Assembly (NCBI GenBank): GCA_951406725.2
Contig: OX597821.1
Location: 70,184,001-70,248,000 of the forward strand
Length of the DNA: 64,000 nucleotides
Direction: 5' to 3'
From: Octopus vulgaris
Lineage: Eukaryota
Below, piece by piece: positions 12,559 to 26,291 of the stretch. Numbering within the stretch: position 1 is the first letter of the stretch; every line of letters starts with the position of its first letter. The position numbers were made by a program, and so were the translations under genes. Under the pieces are notes generated by a model that was not told where the DNA came from, searched no databases, and saw only the letters and a program-made list of their open reading frames with translations.

Positions 12559-14729
12559 GAGAATTGTAGAAGTTGAATAGAGGTGGGCACATCTATCATC
12601 ATTTCGCTTGGTTCATCGTTAGCTCAAGTAGTAAATCTTCTCACTTTTTCTGCTGCCCGGCAGGAGAACTGAAAACTCGAATAGAGTGTAAGAGAAGAGA
12701 AACGGGGAAAGACGAGGCAATTGTGTTAATCGAACTTTAAACAACGACGACAATGCTAATAGTCGTGGTTACAGTGAGCTGTACGCCGGTGGTGGTGGTG
12801 GTGGTGGTGGGTTGGGGATGCTGGTGGTGGCCGTCGTGGTGGTGACGACTGTGGCGGCCCGTAATGATGGTGTTGATGATGATGATGATGCTGAAAACGC
12901 TGGTGACAATGCGGATGGTGATTGAACTGGTGTGTGCGTGTGTGTGTGTTCTGATGGTGGTGTTAAGTTCGGCGAAAGGAGCAGTGGTGGTGGTGGTGAT
13001 GATCCTGACGCTCTTCGTTGGACGCTGTTATGGTTGAGTGTCCATTTTTAAGCGAATGGCAATGGCGTTTCTTTTGCTGTCTTGATCCAAGACCAATTTG
13101 ATCGGGAAATCCTGTGACCGAACACACTCCTGTCGTGACCATCTCATCTATTGATAAAACAATAAGGTTTAATATGAAGGAGACATAACTGCCATTGCTA
13201 ACCGGTAGAACGACTCCACAAGGGCTCCAGAGATGGTGCTGACGGTCCTGGGGTTTGGTGGTGGTTATAGCCTAACGCTGAAGTGTTGGCTGCGACATAG
13301 AAAATAACAGATGGTGTTGCTTCCAGCCATGTCGACTCTCATTGAAACATATTTATGATCAAAGGCGTTCCAGTCATGAGCATCCCGTCGCTTTGCATAC
13401 CAAGAACTGCATAGTCAAATGTGTCCTTCCTCGTTTTAAGATAATGTGTGATTCGGAGAAAATTTCGCTGCAATTTCTCACGCGTGAAGACACCATATAC
13501 AGCCTCCGATGTCGGAACGATATTGTGTGTGTGCGTATGTGTGTGTGTATCTGTGTCTGTGTGTATCAGTGTGTGTGTGTTTGTGGGTATGTGTGTGTCA
13601 GCGCGTGTGTCAATATGTGTCTGTGCGAGCCTGTGTGTCTGTGTGTGCCTCTGTGTGTGTGCCGGTATGAGTCTGCGTCTGTGGTGTGAGTCTGTGTCTG
13701 GTGTGAGTCTACGTCTGTGTGAGAGTCTGTGTGTGTGAGAGTGTGTGTGCGTGATAATCTGTGTATATGTGAGTGTGTGTGTGTGTGTGTGTGAGTGTGA
13801 GTGTGTGCGTGCGTGATTGTGTGTAATTGTGTGTGAGTCTGTGTGTGAGTGAGTCTGTGTGTGAGTGAGTCTGTGAATGAGTCTGTGTGTATATGAGGCT
13901 GTGTGTGTGCGTGTGTGAGCGTGTGAGTGTGTGTGTGTGAGTCTAAATGTGTGTGAGAGTGTGTGTGTGTGAGTCTACATGTGTGAGTGAGTGTGTGTGT
14001 GTGTGTGAGTATGTGTGTGTGTCTGTGTGTGTGTCTGTGAGTCTGTGTGTGTAAGTCAGTATGTGTGTGTGAGTCAGTGTGTGTGAGTGCGCCGGCTTCC
14101 AGGGTTTAGTCGAACCAATCGATTCCAATACTTATTCTATCGGGTTCTTTTGTCGAACCGCTAAGTTATGGAGACCAAAACAAATCAACATCGGTCGTTA
14201 AAATTTGGTGGGAGACAAACATAAACCCCTAAACGCACACACACACAAGGCTTCCTTCAATTTCCCTCTACCATGTGTGTGTGCGTGTATCGGTAATGGC
14301 GGTGCTTGTCATCAGGTTTTTGGTGGTGGTCCTAAAGTTCTGTTGCGAAGAGAGATATTAAATCTAGTAGTAGTAGTAGTAGTAGTGATGGTGGTAATGT
14401 TAGAAAATCCAGTCCTTATGGTGGTGGTGATATTCTTGTAGTGATAAAAATCCACGTGATATTGATTACTTCGGTGATATTGTGGTTCTGCCTCCCGCAC
14501 GCCCAGCTCCATTATATCTCTGATCAAAAATGTCCAATCTTCAGTCTGTCCAGTGGATTCTTTCCCCCACAAGACTACATATCTACCGATCTGTCTTTTA
14601 TAGTTCCTCATGACATAATGTATCTAAGAATGGTGTCGTTGTATGCTAAAGTGTTATAGGTATATACCTGATTAACGGGGAGTGGTCGTACATGTAACAG
14701 TAACTGTGAGAGCAGTCACTAAAAGACTG

Positions 14730-14771
<42 letters not shown>

Positions 14772-15116
14772 ACTACTTATAAGGATTCAGTAGAATCTAG
14801 GCAGATTAGCCCGTAGGACTCCTGAAATGGCTAGATACAATCACATGGGTTTCACAATGAGGTAAACAACATAAAAAGCAGCGAGTGTTGGTAGAATACT
14901 ATTGATATGTCCGTACCAAAATTCAATTTAAACTGTAGATCCAACTCTGAGGATGGTTCTACGTGTGACGTTGGTATAAAAAGAAAATACAACTGGTATT
15001 CTAAATTTACAACAGCTCTTTTCGTAGAATAGATTACATCATAGAAAATTCGCCATCTCCAGGTTAAATTTTAAACACTATTTGCGTCTTCTTCATAAAT
15101 TTGTGTATGTGAGTGT

Positions 15117-15176
<60 letters not shown>

Positions 15177-15297
15177 ACAATCAAGGAACGGCCATAATAG
15201 GCCATTCACCCACTAGAAATAACAGCCAAAGCTTCAACCGCAAATAAAAGTTAATTCTGTAAACCAGGAGAAAATTTAAAAAAACATTTACCCTGTA

Positions 15298-15404
15298 ATT
15301 TCTTATACGATATACCGTTTCATCTGCTGATTAATGGTAAACTAACCTGATTAAATTAAATCAAGCCAATCTTCCACAGGCCCTCAGATTCTTCAGTAAG
15401 AAAT
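15298..15404 (-). ncRNA. Hammerhead ribozyme with long stem II insertion
   Basis: Minus strand: atttctta-CTGAAGA-atctg...(~58 nt)...cagat-GAAA-cggtatatcg-TA-taagaaat. Confidence 0.8.
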
Positions 15405-15477
15405 AGCCCAAGTCGGAACAGATATTTTCACGAGGCATTTCCGACCTTGCCAAGTTTATATCTGACCTAAAATTTTC

Positions 15478-15713
15478 AAATCGTCGCACTCGCGCCAAAT
15501 TTATCGGCAGCAAATAAATATAAGCCGTCGATTCCATTACGGAATTAACCAGAAAATTCATAATTAATCAATATAGGGTGGCAAAAAAAATTTTGTAGAA
15601 TTCTTTTTGCCACCCTATATTGATTAATTATGAATTTTCTGGTTAATTCCGTAATGGAATCGACGGCTTATATTTATTTGCTGCCGATAAATTTGGCGCG
15701 AGTGCGACGATTT
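15478..15713. repeat. Near-perfect 236-bp palindrome at the 5' end of the HHR element
   Basis: Arms of about 117 bp centred at 15595/15596, with mismatches only near the centre. Confidence 0.95.
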
Positions 15714-15736
15714 ATATGCACATACACACACACACA

Positions 15737-16590
15737 CGAGGTGGTATCAAAAGTTGTTCCCAGACTAGTTCTGTAGCGCGCGAACAGATGGCAGCACACG
15801 AAGTGGGCGTAATCAGAGCTAGCAGTGACTTGCATGAGGGAAGGTGCTGAGTGACATTGATTTGTTTACTTCGCAAGTTGTAAAGTTTGGGTTTTTATGA
15901 TCGCGTGTATGTTGTAGACGTTGGAACAAAAAAAAACACTTGAAATTTTGCGTTGAGCTTAAGAAGTCTTTTACAGAAACATTGAGTATGCTTCGGTAGA
16001 TTTACGAGGACGAGGCATTGGGGCGTATGCAATGTTTCGAGTGGCGCGGGCGCTTTAAAAGCGGAGGAACGTACTTGGAAGGCAATGAGTGATCACTCCC
16101 AGAAATGTGGTATTGTGCTTCGAGAATTCTTTCGCTAGAGCCAGGCTGTCTGCCAAGAGTTCTACTGCGACGTCTTTAAGCGTTTGAGGGAGGACATTCG
16201 GCAAAAGTGACAGAATCTGTGGAGCGCGAAGAATTGGATTCTTTACCGAGCTCTCCTCACTCGTGAGTTTCTTCCCCAAAACAACTTCGTATCACTTTCA
16301 CACTTGCCCTATTCACCAGATTTAGCACTGGTGTACTTACATCTCTCTCCAAAGGATGAAAATGCAAATCAAAGAGCGCTGTATTAACACCATTTTTGAG
16401 ATCCAGAGCGAATCACAGAAGGACCTCGACTCACGGACTTCCAGGCCGGATTCCAAAAGTAGCAGGAACGCCGGGAACGGTGTATTGCTGCGCTAGGTGA
16501 CCATTTCGAAGGAGATAATGCTAAAACTTATTTAAATAAGTTATATTTTATTAAGCATAACTAATCTGGGAACCTTTTGATACCATCTAG
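15737..16590 (+). mobile_element. Internally deleted mariner transposon
   Basis: TIRs cgaggtggtatcaaaag / cttttgataccatctag; remnants CFEWRGRFKSG and HLPYSPDLA. Confidence 0.85.
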
Positions 16591-16593
16591 TAC

Positions 16594-16649
<56 letters not shown>

Positions 16650-16812
16650 GTATCTCTCAATTTATATATCTATCTATCACTAACTAACTCTCTCGCTCTC
16701 ACTATATATATTTATATGGGGGGGGGGAGTTCACGAAAAATAAACAAAAGACGAAGGCAGGTGATGTAAAACAAACAGATGTATTAGTATAACGCTCAGG
16801 AATTGAAAAAGT

Positions 16813-16848
16813 CTTTTACGTTTCGAGCCTACGCTCTTCTACAGAAAG
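16813..16848 (-). ncRNA. Degenerate minimal HHR-like motif
   Basis: cttt-CTGTAGA-a-gagc/gtag/gctc-GAAA-cg-TA-aaag; A6U substitution. Confidence 0.45.
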
Positions 16849-16919
16849 GGACACAGAAAACAAAGTGAGAAACAAGGAGAGAAAAAATGTGTGTAGTGGC
16901 TACCAATCCATCATGGCTA

Positions 16920-17338
16920 TATGTATCAGCATGGCGGAGAGGTTAAATGAACGTTTGAGACAATATGACAACAAAAATCAGTCCTCCATACTCTACCAAC
17001 ATAGCAAAGACCAACATGGAGGCACAATTGATCGACTTGACATCTGCGGTTTATCCAAGCACCCGAAGGACACAACAGTCAAGCAAATACAGGAGTACGT
17101 CCCCATGGATGTAACATCTCCTGTACTAAGTACGAGATACGCACAGTAGGTAGTAAAACCCGTATCCCTACACAAGTGTATTTGTTAGTAGGCTGTTATG
17201 TAGATTAATATATATACATACATGGGTAGGTAAATGGGTATGTAAGTAGCCATATGGATAAGTACGTAATTACATGGATAATACGGACAGACAAGTACAT
17301 ACACACACACACACGCATACATACACAAAAGGAGACAG

Positions 17339-17383
<45 letters not shown>

Positions 17384-17400
17384 TACACATACATATGTAT
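16920..17400 (+). mobile_element. PLE GIY-YIG C-terminus plus 3' region, paralogous to about 1540-2030
   Basis: SMAERLNERLRQYDNK...ILYQHSKDQHGGT...KHPKD aligns with ORF 1831-2358; the downstream non-coding sequence also matches. Confidence 0.8.
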
Positions 17401-17545
17401 GCAGATGCACAGAGACAGGGGTACACACACAATTACACATGCACATACACACACTACACACACGCATACATACATACATACATACATACATACATACATA
17501 CATACATACATACATACATACATACATACATACATACATGCATAC

Positions 17546-19140
17546 AATATCACAAAGGGATATTCCAAGGGTCCAGCCTCTCTGTGATGTTTATACTTTC
17601 TGTAAACCCCTCGTCATTCATGTCAAGGAAGTCTGAAGGATATCTCACTGGTTCACAAGGAAGCAGGAATACCAAAATTACACACCGTTTCTTTGTGGAT
17701 GACTTGAAATTTTATGCAAAGAATATGCATGAGATGAAAAAGTGCTTTGACCTAAAGACAACATTCTCAAAGGACGAAGGATTGGCGTTTGGTCTGGATA
17801 AATGTCGTTATATGGTTGTGAAAAGCGGTAAAACTATAAACCAGACTAGTAACATCTCGATCAATGATTTGACTGTTTCCCCTGTATCTGATGAGGAATG
17901 TTACAGGTATCTAGGGGTGGATGAAAATATATCTTAGAAAAAGCACATGTAACAAAACATGTGTCACTTAAGAATATTGCAGGCGAATAAAAAACATTTG
18001 CACCTCAGAACTATCTGTATTCAATAAAACTGTGGCCTACAATGTATTTGCAGTGCCAGTACTCATACCAACATTTGGGCTGCTTCATTGGACGATCGAT
18101 GACATCTGAGCCATTGATGTAAAAACCCGAAAAATACTAACAAGCACACGTAATCTCCACATTAACAGTGATGTATACCGCCTTTACCTAAAACGAAAAC
18201 AAGGCGGTAGAGGTATAACATTAATCCAAAATGCCTTTGAATGTCGCATCATATCCCTTCGGCAACATCTTTTAACCACCAAGCATCGAAGTGCATCCTT
18301 CGACAAAGTTTGCATACATGGGGCTGATAACATCATAAGACTTGAAAGGCAGCTCCTTGAACAACATTCTTTGTCTGATAAACTTAAATACATGCCCTGT
18401 GATGTATTCGATCCTCAAAGCAGTTTATCATAGACCAACAGCCGGATTACTACGTTTCACTTTGAAGGGTATGCGTTTGCAATCCAGGAACAGGTAATAT
18501 CAGCCAAGTACCTGATGCACAAAAGGGATAGAGATGCAGGTAAAACCATAAAGTGTGAGAATCGATGCAGACTTTATGGAGTTCACACTGAATATATCAC
18601 CCACATCATAAGCAGTTGTCCGAAAATGTCATCATGGTAGTATCTACTGATGAGACATGACGTTGTAATGAAATCTGTCGGAAAGATAATCCCGAGGACA
18701 AAGAAATAAGAACCCACAATATGGTAGAAGTCATAGGCACTCATAATAAAAAGGAATACCGGTGGAATGTACCAGTGAAGACCACAATGAAATGTAAGCA
18801 CAACAGATCAGATATTATGATTTGGGTTAGAGAAAATAAACTGTGTACAGTTGTGGAAATTAGCTGCCCTGTGGTGTTAATATAAAGCTGAAGATCAGTA
18901 AAAAGAGAACACCTATGCTGAAGTACTGAGAAATCTGCAGTTACTCTATCCAAATTACAAGTTCAGGTAAATACCTGAATTATTGGGGCCCTGGGATATG
19001 TAATACACTGCCTAAATACCAATCTTCAGAAATTAGGCTTCTCAAAACCTGAAAGGAGAAAGCTAATTCGAACACTACAGATCCAGTCCATCACAGGAAC
19101 TGTAAAATCTGTACAACTTTCCAGAAGTTTATCCTTTCAA
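17546..19140 (+). mobile_element. R4/Dong-type (RLE) non-LTR retrotransposon, 5'-truncated
   Basis: KGIFQGSSLS, THRFFVDDLK, FGLDKC, YRYLGV, GGRG, CCHC remnant (CRL...HIISSC), RHD, HNRSDI. Begins after (TACA)n. Confidence 0.9.
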
Positions 19141-19629
19141 TATATATGAGCATGTCTAGATATGTAACTATATGCATGAAAATACATACATAAAACATAC
19201 AAATTTGCACATACATACATGCATATGTACATACATTGTTACGACTTGATGGCCATAACCCGAATTTATAGAATCAACGAGGATACCATGAATTTTCTTG
19301 TAAAATATTATTAATAGTCAGCATAAAAACAGCTTACATACACACAAATATATACACAAACAAACAGCAAATGCGTGCAGTCAAAAGTTACAAGGGTAAC
19401 ATATATATACAGTCCAGAAATTCGGTCTCCCTGTCCCGTGTTTTGGTTTCACCAAAGTTGGCCTCACACAAATTTGGTTTTTCAAAATATGCATTCCAAA
19501 AATTTTGGATTTCATAAAATCCGGATTTCCATTTTAGTACAAATTCGGTTTTCGAACCTTTACTTCATAAAATCCGTCTTCACAAATTCGGTGTTCATCC
19601 CTGGATTTCGAACCATGGGCCACAATACA

Positions 19630-21090
19630 TTGAAACACTTTTACTTTTCCCTTTTTTCTTTCAACAAAACAATTTTACTTACTCTTGTTTTTTTTTTCCA
19701 TTTTAATACCTCGGTTTCTTTATTAGCCACAAGGGCCCAAACATAGAGGGGGACAAAGAAGGACAGACAGGACACCACAGAGGGGACAATACATAGAACG
19801 AATATAATAATTAAATCTAATGTCAAAGCAGCCATTTAAACAATGTTCATGGCACAAAACGGCTGCCAGACTACATCAATAATTAATTAAAAAATTAAAT
19901 AGTGAAACAAAGAGCTAGTTTGCTTTAAATTCACACAAAACTGCTTCATACAAGCCTGCTGAGTAACCATTTGACAAAATTTATAGTTAGCCGTCTAATA
20001 CAAGAAATTGGCTACCTGAAAATATTAAATTCATGCACCCTTTAGCTATTTATACAAATTTTAACGTTTATCTTCACAGAAAATAGCTAGCAGAATTATT
20101 ACACAGCCTGCCACTAATGCAGGGTTCACAGTTCACATAAATATTATAACATAACATAACTTAGATTTTTTTTTGTACTCCCCAGATGTGACACAGAAAT
20201 AATTTTAAATCTGATGAAAGTTCTGGCGAATTCCTGGAGCATAAAATAAATCCATAGGTGCAAAGCACAGAGTGCATAAACTAAACAGGCAATCATAACT
20301 TCCAAAATCCAATTTAACAAATTTGTCTCACAGAATAAACAGTCACTAACAAAAAAAAAAAAAACTGGATTGGTAAAATTATCTCTATTTATAAAGTTTT
20401 CCAGGGTGTAGCCAATTTGTCATAGTTTCCCAGTTTTGGCTAATAACTATAGCGTCCCCCATTTTAACAATGGACTCCATCCTTACAGCATGAAAGCTGT
20501 TTTCCTGTTTCCTTCACAGGTGGTTTGAGTTGTTTTTTGTCATAGTGTTAAATTTAATTGATTGTTATGGTTCAAATTGTTGTTAGTCAGTTATGTAGTA
20601 GCTTTTGAGCCTTACATGAGGTATTAAAATGGAATAAATAAGTATGTCAAATCGACAGGAAAAAAGAAAAGGAAAAAGAAAAAAAAAGGAAAAAGAAAGA
20701 GTAAGTGTTTTATGTTATGTTTAATAATATCGGAAAATAGAAGAACAATTTTAGAGAACATATAACGGTTCAAATAACTGTAATGGTAGACAATAATTAA
20801 GTGTTAGTTAAATATATGATAAAAACGGACAGTTTAAAAAGATTAATGGTAATGCATGTGATGAGGGGCGCATGCAGCCATTCATAACCCCATTATTGTA
20901 TAATCATCTCATCATATTCGTTCTATGTATTGTCCCTTCTGTGGTGTCCTGTCTGTCCTTGTTTGTCCCCCTCTATGTTTGGGCCCTTGTGGCTAATAAA
21001 GAAACCGAGGTATTAAAATGGAAAAAAAAAAACAAGAGTAAGTAAAATTGTTTTGTTGAAAGAAAAAAGGGAAAATAATAGTGTTTCAAT
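19630..21090. repeat. ~175-bp inverted duplication (19630-19805 / 20915-21090) containing a LINE-like 3' end
   Basis: ggtttctttattagccacaagggcccaaacatagagggggac and its reverse complement; a diverged third copy lies at 21235-21325. Confidence 0.8.
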
Positions 21091-21397
21091 GAAAAAAAGA
21101 GAAGATTAAGAAAAAAACAGTAGAAAAATAGAACGATGGTAAATAATTTGTATAAACGTTCCAATGGTACTGCACGGGAATGGGGCCCATGCAGTCATTT
21201 CATTTTTCATTTTTATATAACATTTCATTCTCATTCGTTTTATGTTTTATATCCCCATTGTGGTGTTGTGTCTGTCCTTGTAGTGTCCCCCTCTGTATTG
21301 TGGCCGTGGTGCCAAATAAAGAAATACAGTTATGTAGCAGCTTTTTGGTTTATTATAGAAATATTGTGACTTCTGTGTGAAGAAGGTAAAAACTATT

Positions 21398-21834
21398 GGA
21401 TCTTTTCGGTTTGAACGGCAGTTTTTAACATAATTTCTAGGGTTCTAAAAATTTTTAAATTTCGTATACTGGTAGAATGTGTTTATAAAACATCTTTTTC
21501 TCTTGGCTTTATTGAGAAAGTTCTATATTTTCTAAGAGATTTGGTCTTTAATTTGTTGCATTTCGGCAATTTCAACCAATCAATGACCGTCTATTGTGGT
21601 GAAAACATTCTGTGCCGTATGAAGATGTCCCTCGTTTAAGAAACAGATTGGGTTTATTTACATTTGTGAAAAAAAAAGATACCCTTCCCCCACCCCTAAC
21701 CCTCACCTTAACCCTAACTAACCCTAACCCCAAAACAGATTGAAATGCAATAGATCGATATTAGGGTCAAAATTATGGGTGACAATTTCATATGACACCG
21801 CTAGAAAAAATTGCCGTTCAAACCGAAAAGATCC
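21398..21834. mobile_element. MITE with ~29-bp TIRs, 8-bp TSD and internal (CCCTAA)n; Merlin- or hAT-like
   Basis: TIRs ggatcttttcggtttgaacggca / tgccgttcaaaccgaaaagatcc; TSD aaactatt at 21390-21397 and 21835-21842. Confidence 0.9.
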
Positions 21835-22195
21835 AAACTATTGTTATTTTTGTTGTTGTTACTGTTGGTGAAGCGTTTCGCGCGAGCTGCCTGCTGTATT
21901 TGCTGTGTGGTCCCTCCGTTATGGAGCGCTACGCGAAGGTCACTGAGGCACGGCAGCGTCACTAGAAGTAAGGAAAATTGTGATTAATAAGGAGGATATT
22001 TTGATATGTGAGCAGTATTTGAGAAGGGAAGGAGAGAACTTTAACAAACGATAACAGACAGTTAATAACTCTCGAAGAGATTGCAAGAAGCAACGAAAAT
22101 TTTAGAAAAGAAAAAATAAATGAGGGGAAATTGAACCGGTTAATTAATAAGGCATTAAAACAGAATGACTTTCCACAAATACAACAAAATAATGA

Positions 22196-22302
22196 AAGGC
22201 AAAGTCGACCTCGGCGGAATTTGAACTCAGAACGTAAAGACAAGCGAAATACTGCTAAGCATTTCGCCCGGCGTGCTAACGATTCTGCCATTTCGCCGCT
22301 TT
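22196..22302 (-). mobile_element. Octopus-type SINE head
   Basis: Reverse complement of gcggcgaaatggcagaatcgttagcacgccgggcgaaatgcttagc...gagttcaaattcc. Confidence 0.8.
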
Positions 22303-23078
22303 AGTGTTACAACAATAATATTGATTAAGCAGTAATAATAGTATTGATAGTGATAATGTCGGTAATGGATATGTTGAGAGCGGAAATGTTAGGTATTTAT
22401 AAAATTGATAGTGATAATGTTGGTTCAGAACCATTAATGATAGAGAGTGGAAGGGGGAGGATAGAAGTGAGAGTAAAAGTGTTTTTATTCTTAGCATTTG
22501 GAACAATAATATTGGGAGCAATAGTGTTGGCTGTAATAGTGTTGATAGCAATAGCGCTGATAACCGATAATGTTGATAGTGATAGTGTTGACTCTGTTGA
22601 TATTGATACTAGAAACGCATAAGAGATGAGAAGAAAATAAGGTGAAAGTAAAAGAAAGAAAATGAAGGAAAAGAGGAGAAAATAGTTTTTAAAGTAATTC
22701 TATTAGAAATGAATGAAATAGAAGGAAAATAAATAAATGAATAAATAAATAAATAAATAACTAAATAAATAAATAAAAAGATTATGTGTGTCATTTGGTT
22801 AACAACAAATCTATTTTTAGCTTCCGGGGAAGATTCTGGAGACAAATTCCAATCTCTGCCATTGAGAAGAGCAGAAGATGAGTTGATTAAGAGAGGAGAG
22901 GGGGGAAAGAGAGATGAGAAAGATGAGAGAGAGAGAGCCAGACAGATAGACGAATAGACAGAGAGCTTGAGAGAGAGAGAGGGGGGAGGGGAAGAGGAGA
23001 GAAAGTAGAAAAGAACGAAAGAAAGCAAGGAAAGGCGTGAAAGGATAAAACAGATGAGGGAAGTTATCGAGAGAGCAG

Positions 23079-23109
<31 letters not shown>

Positions 23110-24144
23110 GAGAAGATGAAGAGAAATAGAGCGAAAAGAGAGAAGAGAAACGGAGAGAAAGAGAGAGAGAGAGCAGCAGACAGACTGACAGAAGAGAGAG
23201 AGAAAAAGAAAAAGACAAAGAAAGAGGATGAATATTGAAGAGAAGGAAAATACATGGAAAAGGGAGAGAAAAGAGGCGGGAGAGAAAGAAAGGAAGGAAA
23301 AGATAAGGGGAGACAAGGAGTGGGAGAGAGGGAGAGAGGGAGAGAGAGAGGGAGAGAGAGAATATGCGTGCGTGTGTTGAGAGAAAGAAAGGCTGGATGA
23401 GAATGGTGTGGTTCCAAGGCTGCGATTGGTGTCGTTATTGGAATGCAAACTTTAAACTTCAGCAATGTGTTGTCTTTCAAGATATTTCGGTTTTTAGACT
23501 AACTTCAGATTAGCAGAAAGAAATCCGATTGCAGAAATGCGATAAGTGTACGAAAGATACGTTTGTAGGGTTTGACTGAGTAATGGAGAGAAGCGCCATT
23601 TGCATTTGGTGGTAGACGCAGGAAGGACGGAAGTAGAAGGAAAAAAAAGAACGTGAAGATTATGGTGATGATGATGATGATGATGATGATAAAGACGAAG
23701 AACAGGAACAAGAACAAAAACAAAGAGCTAGTAGTAGTAGTGGTGGTGGTGGTGGTGATGGGAGGAGGAGGAGGAGGAGGCGGAGCAAAAAGTAGTCACA
23801 AAACCAGCAAAATTAACAAGAGGAAGAATAAGAAAGAGAGATGGAGGTGGGGAAGAAGAAGAAGAAGAAGAAGAAGAAGAAGAAGAGAAGAAGAAGAAGA
23901 AGAAGAAGAAGAGAAGCTTAGAATTCAAGGATAACTGAATAAAATATAAGAGGTCCAAGAAAAAGAATCGGAGAGGAAGAAGTGGAGGGAAGATGAAATA
24001 AATGGAGATAAGTCGAAGAAGAAAAACGAAGAAGGACAAAGGGGAGAAGGAGATAAAGAAAAATAGCTGAGTGATGTAAAAGATGGCGGCTGTGAAACAG
24101 AAATAATTTCACACATACACACCCTAACCACATACCTATATATG

Positions 24145-24184
<40 letters not shown>

Positions 24185-24222
24185 TGTATATATGTGTATA
24201 TATATATATGTATGTGTGTGTG

Positions 24223-24255
<33 letters not shown>

Positions 24256-24787
24256 ATGTATATATATATATATATAAGTATGTATAATATATATATATAT
24301 GTATATATAATATTCATATGTATATGCAACATATGTATATACATATATAAATATGTACGTATATATATATATGTACACATATAGATAGCTTGTATATATA
24401 TGTATGTAAGTTTATATATATTTATATATATGCATATGTGTGCGTATAAACATATATACACATATACATTATATATATGTTTGTGTGTGTGTATATATAT
24501 ATACGCACATACATACATAAAAATATATGCTGACACCCACACCCAGATGCAAGCACATACATGAGCAAGCGGATAAAAACTCCGCCACGTGCATTCGCAC
24601 AATATAGACATACACACATGCACACACTCGCACACACACATATATATAATATACATATAACATATATGTATATATATTATATATATATATGATATATATA
24701 TATATATAATATTTGTATATATAATATATATAAATAATATTTATATACATATATTCATATGTATATATGTACATACGTACATATATA

Positions 24788-24827
<40 letters not shown>

Positions 24828-24875
24828 CATACATATATGTATATGTATATGTATGCATATATGTATGTATGTATG

Positions 24876-24931
<56 letters not shown>

Positions 24932-25109
24932 TACAAGTATATATATATGGATACCAGGCAAGTCAAGTTGAGATTGGCATGAGTGAATTGAACAGCGGAC
25001 ATGTTTTACACACCCGATTAACAATATTAAACTTTCACTTTTAAACGCTTCGGCAACTCCCAAACTTTCAGAACCCCACACAAGTCTCGGCCCACCATCA
25101 TCATCACAA

Positions 25110-25174
<65 letters not shown>

Positions 25175-25780
25175 GCTGTTGCATATTGTTATTGCTCATT
25201 TTTTTAGTTGTTTAATTATACGCCATTTTATTTTGTCTTGTATTACGTTGTGAAGACGTGAGGTCTTTGATGTGTCACGTGTCACGATTGCTTTCCTCGA
25301 CGAGCGATACATGCTTAGGTTTGAGAAAAACAAGTTAAAAGTAAAGAAAGAAAGGGAAGAGATAAATAAATAAATATACACTTTTTCCGAATTGCTAAAA
25401 AAAAAATCAATGAAAATAAATATATAAGTAAATAAAGTGTTATTATTATCATTATTATTATTGCTGTTAAGGTGGTGGTGGTGGTGGTGGTGGTGGTGCT
25501 AGTTTTGTTGTTATTATTATTGTTATTATTAATCTGCAAGTCTATAGGGAAATATAGTCTTTATTGTTGCTAGAAATGATAAAAGGATTCGGAATTTAAA
25601 AATATAAGTAGAATCATAGTAAATATATATATAAATAAAATTAACAATGATGATGGTGATGATGATGATGATGATGATGAGAATGATGATGCTGATGATG
25701 ATGATGGTGTTTTTCATGGCGACAACAGTCATGAATAGATGTATACAGATATAGATATACATACATATATACACACACAA

Positions 25781-25822
<42 letters not shown>

Positions 25823-25973
25823 TTATATACATATTTATGTTTATACATGTGTTTATATACAGAGATCTACGTATGTTGTATATTGTACATACACATGTAT
25901 GTTTATAAATTTATACACAAATATGTGCATATATACATACATGCATACATACATACATACATACATACATACA

Positions 25974-26009
<36 letters not shown>

Positions 26010-26249
26010 TACATACATATATATATATATATGCATTTAAAAATCGACAGACTTTCATAGCAAAGATATACAAAACTAAAACGTATACGTTTACACTTCA
26101 TACATACACACATACGTACGTACATACATACACACACACACAAACATACAAACATACATACATACATATGTATAGACAGACATCACACACACATAGACAT
26201 GTATATATACGTATATAGATATATACACATTTATACAAACATACGTTAT

Positions 26250-26291
<42 letters not shown>

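Noticed and set aside
15478-15713. miRNA precursor
   Set aside because: Too long and too perfect; explained as the inverted end of an HHR element.
21694-21730. True telomere or chromosome fusion site
   Set aside because: Short degenerate tract lying inside a TIR/TSD-bounded MITE.
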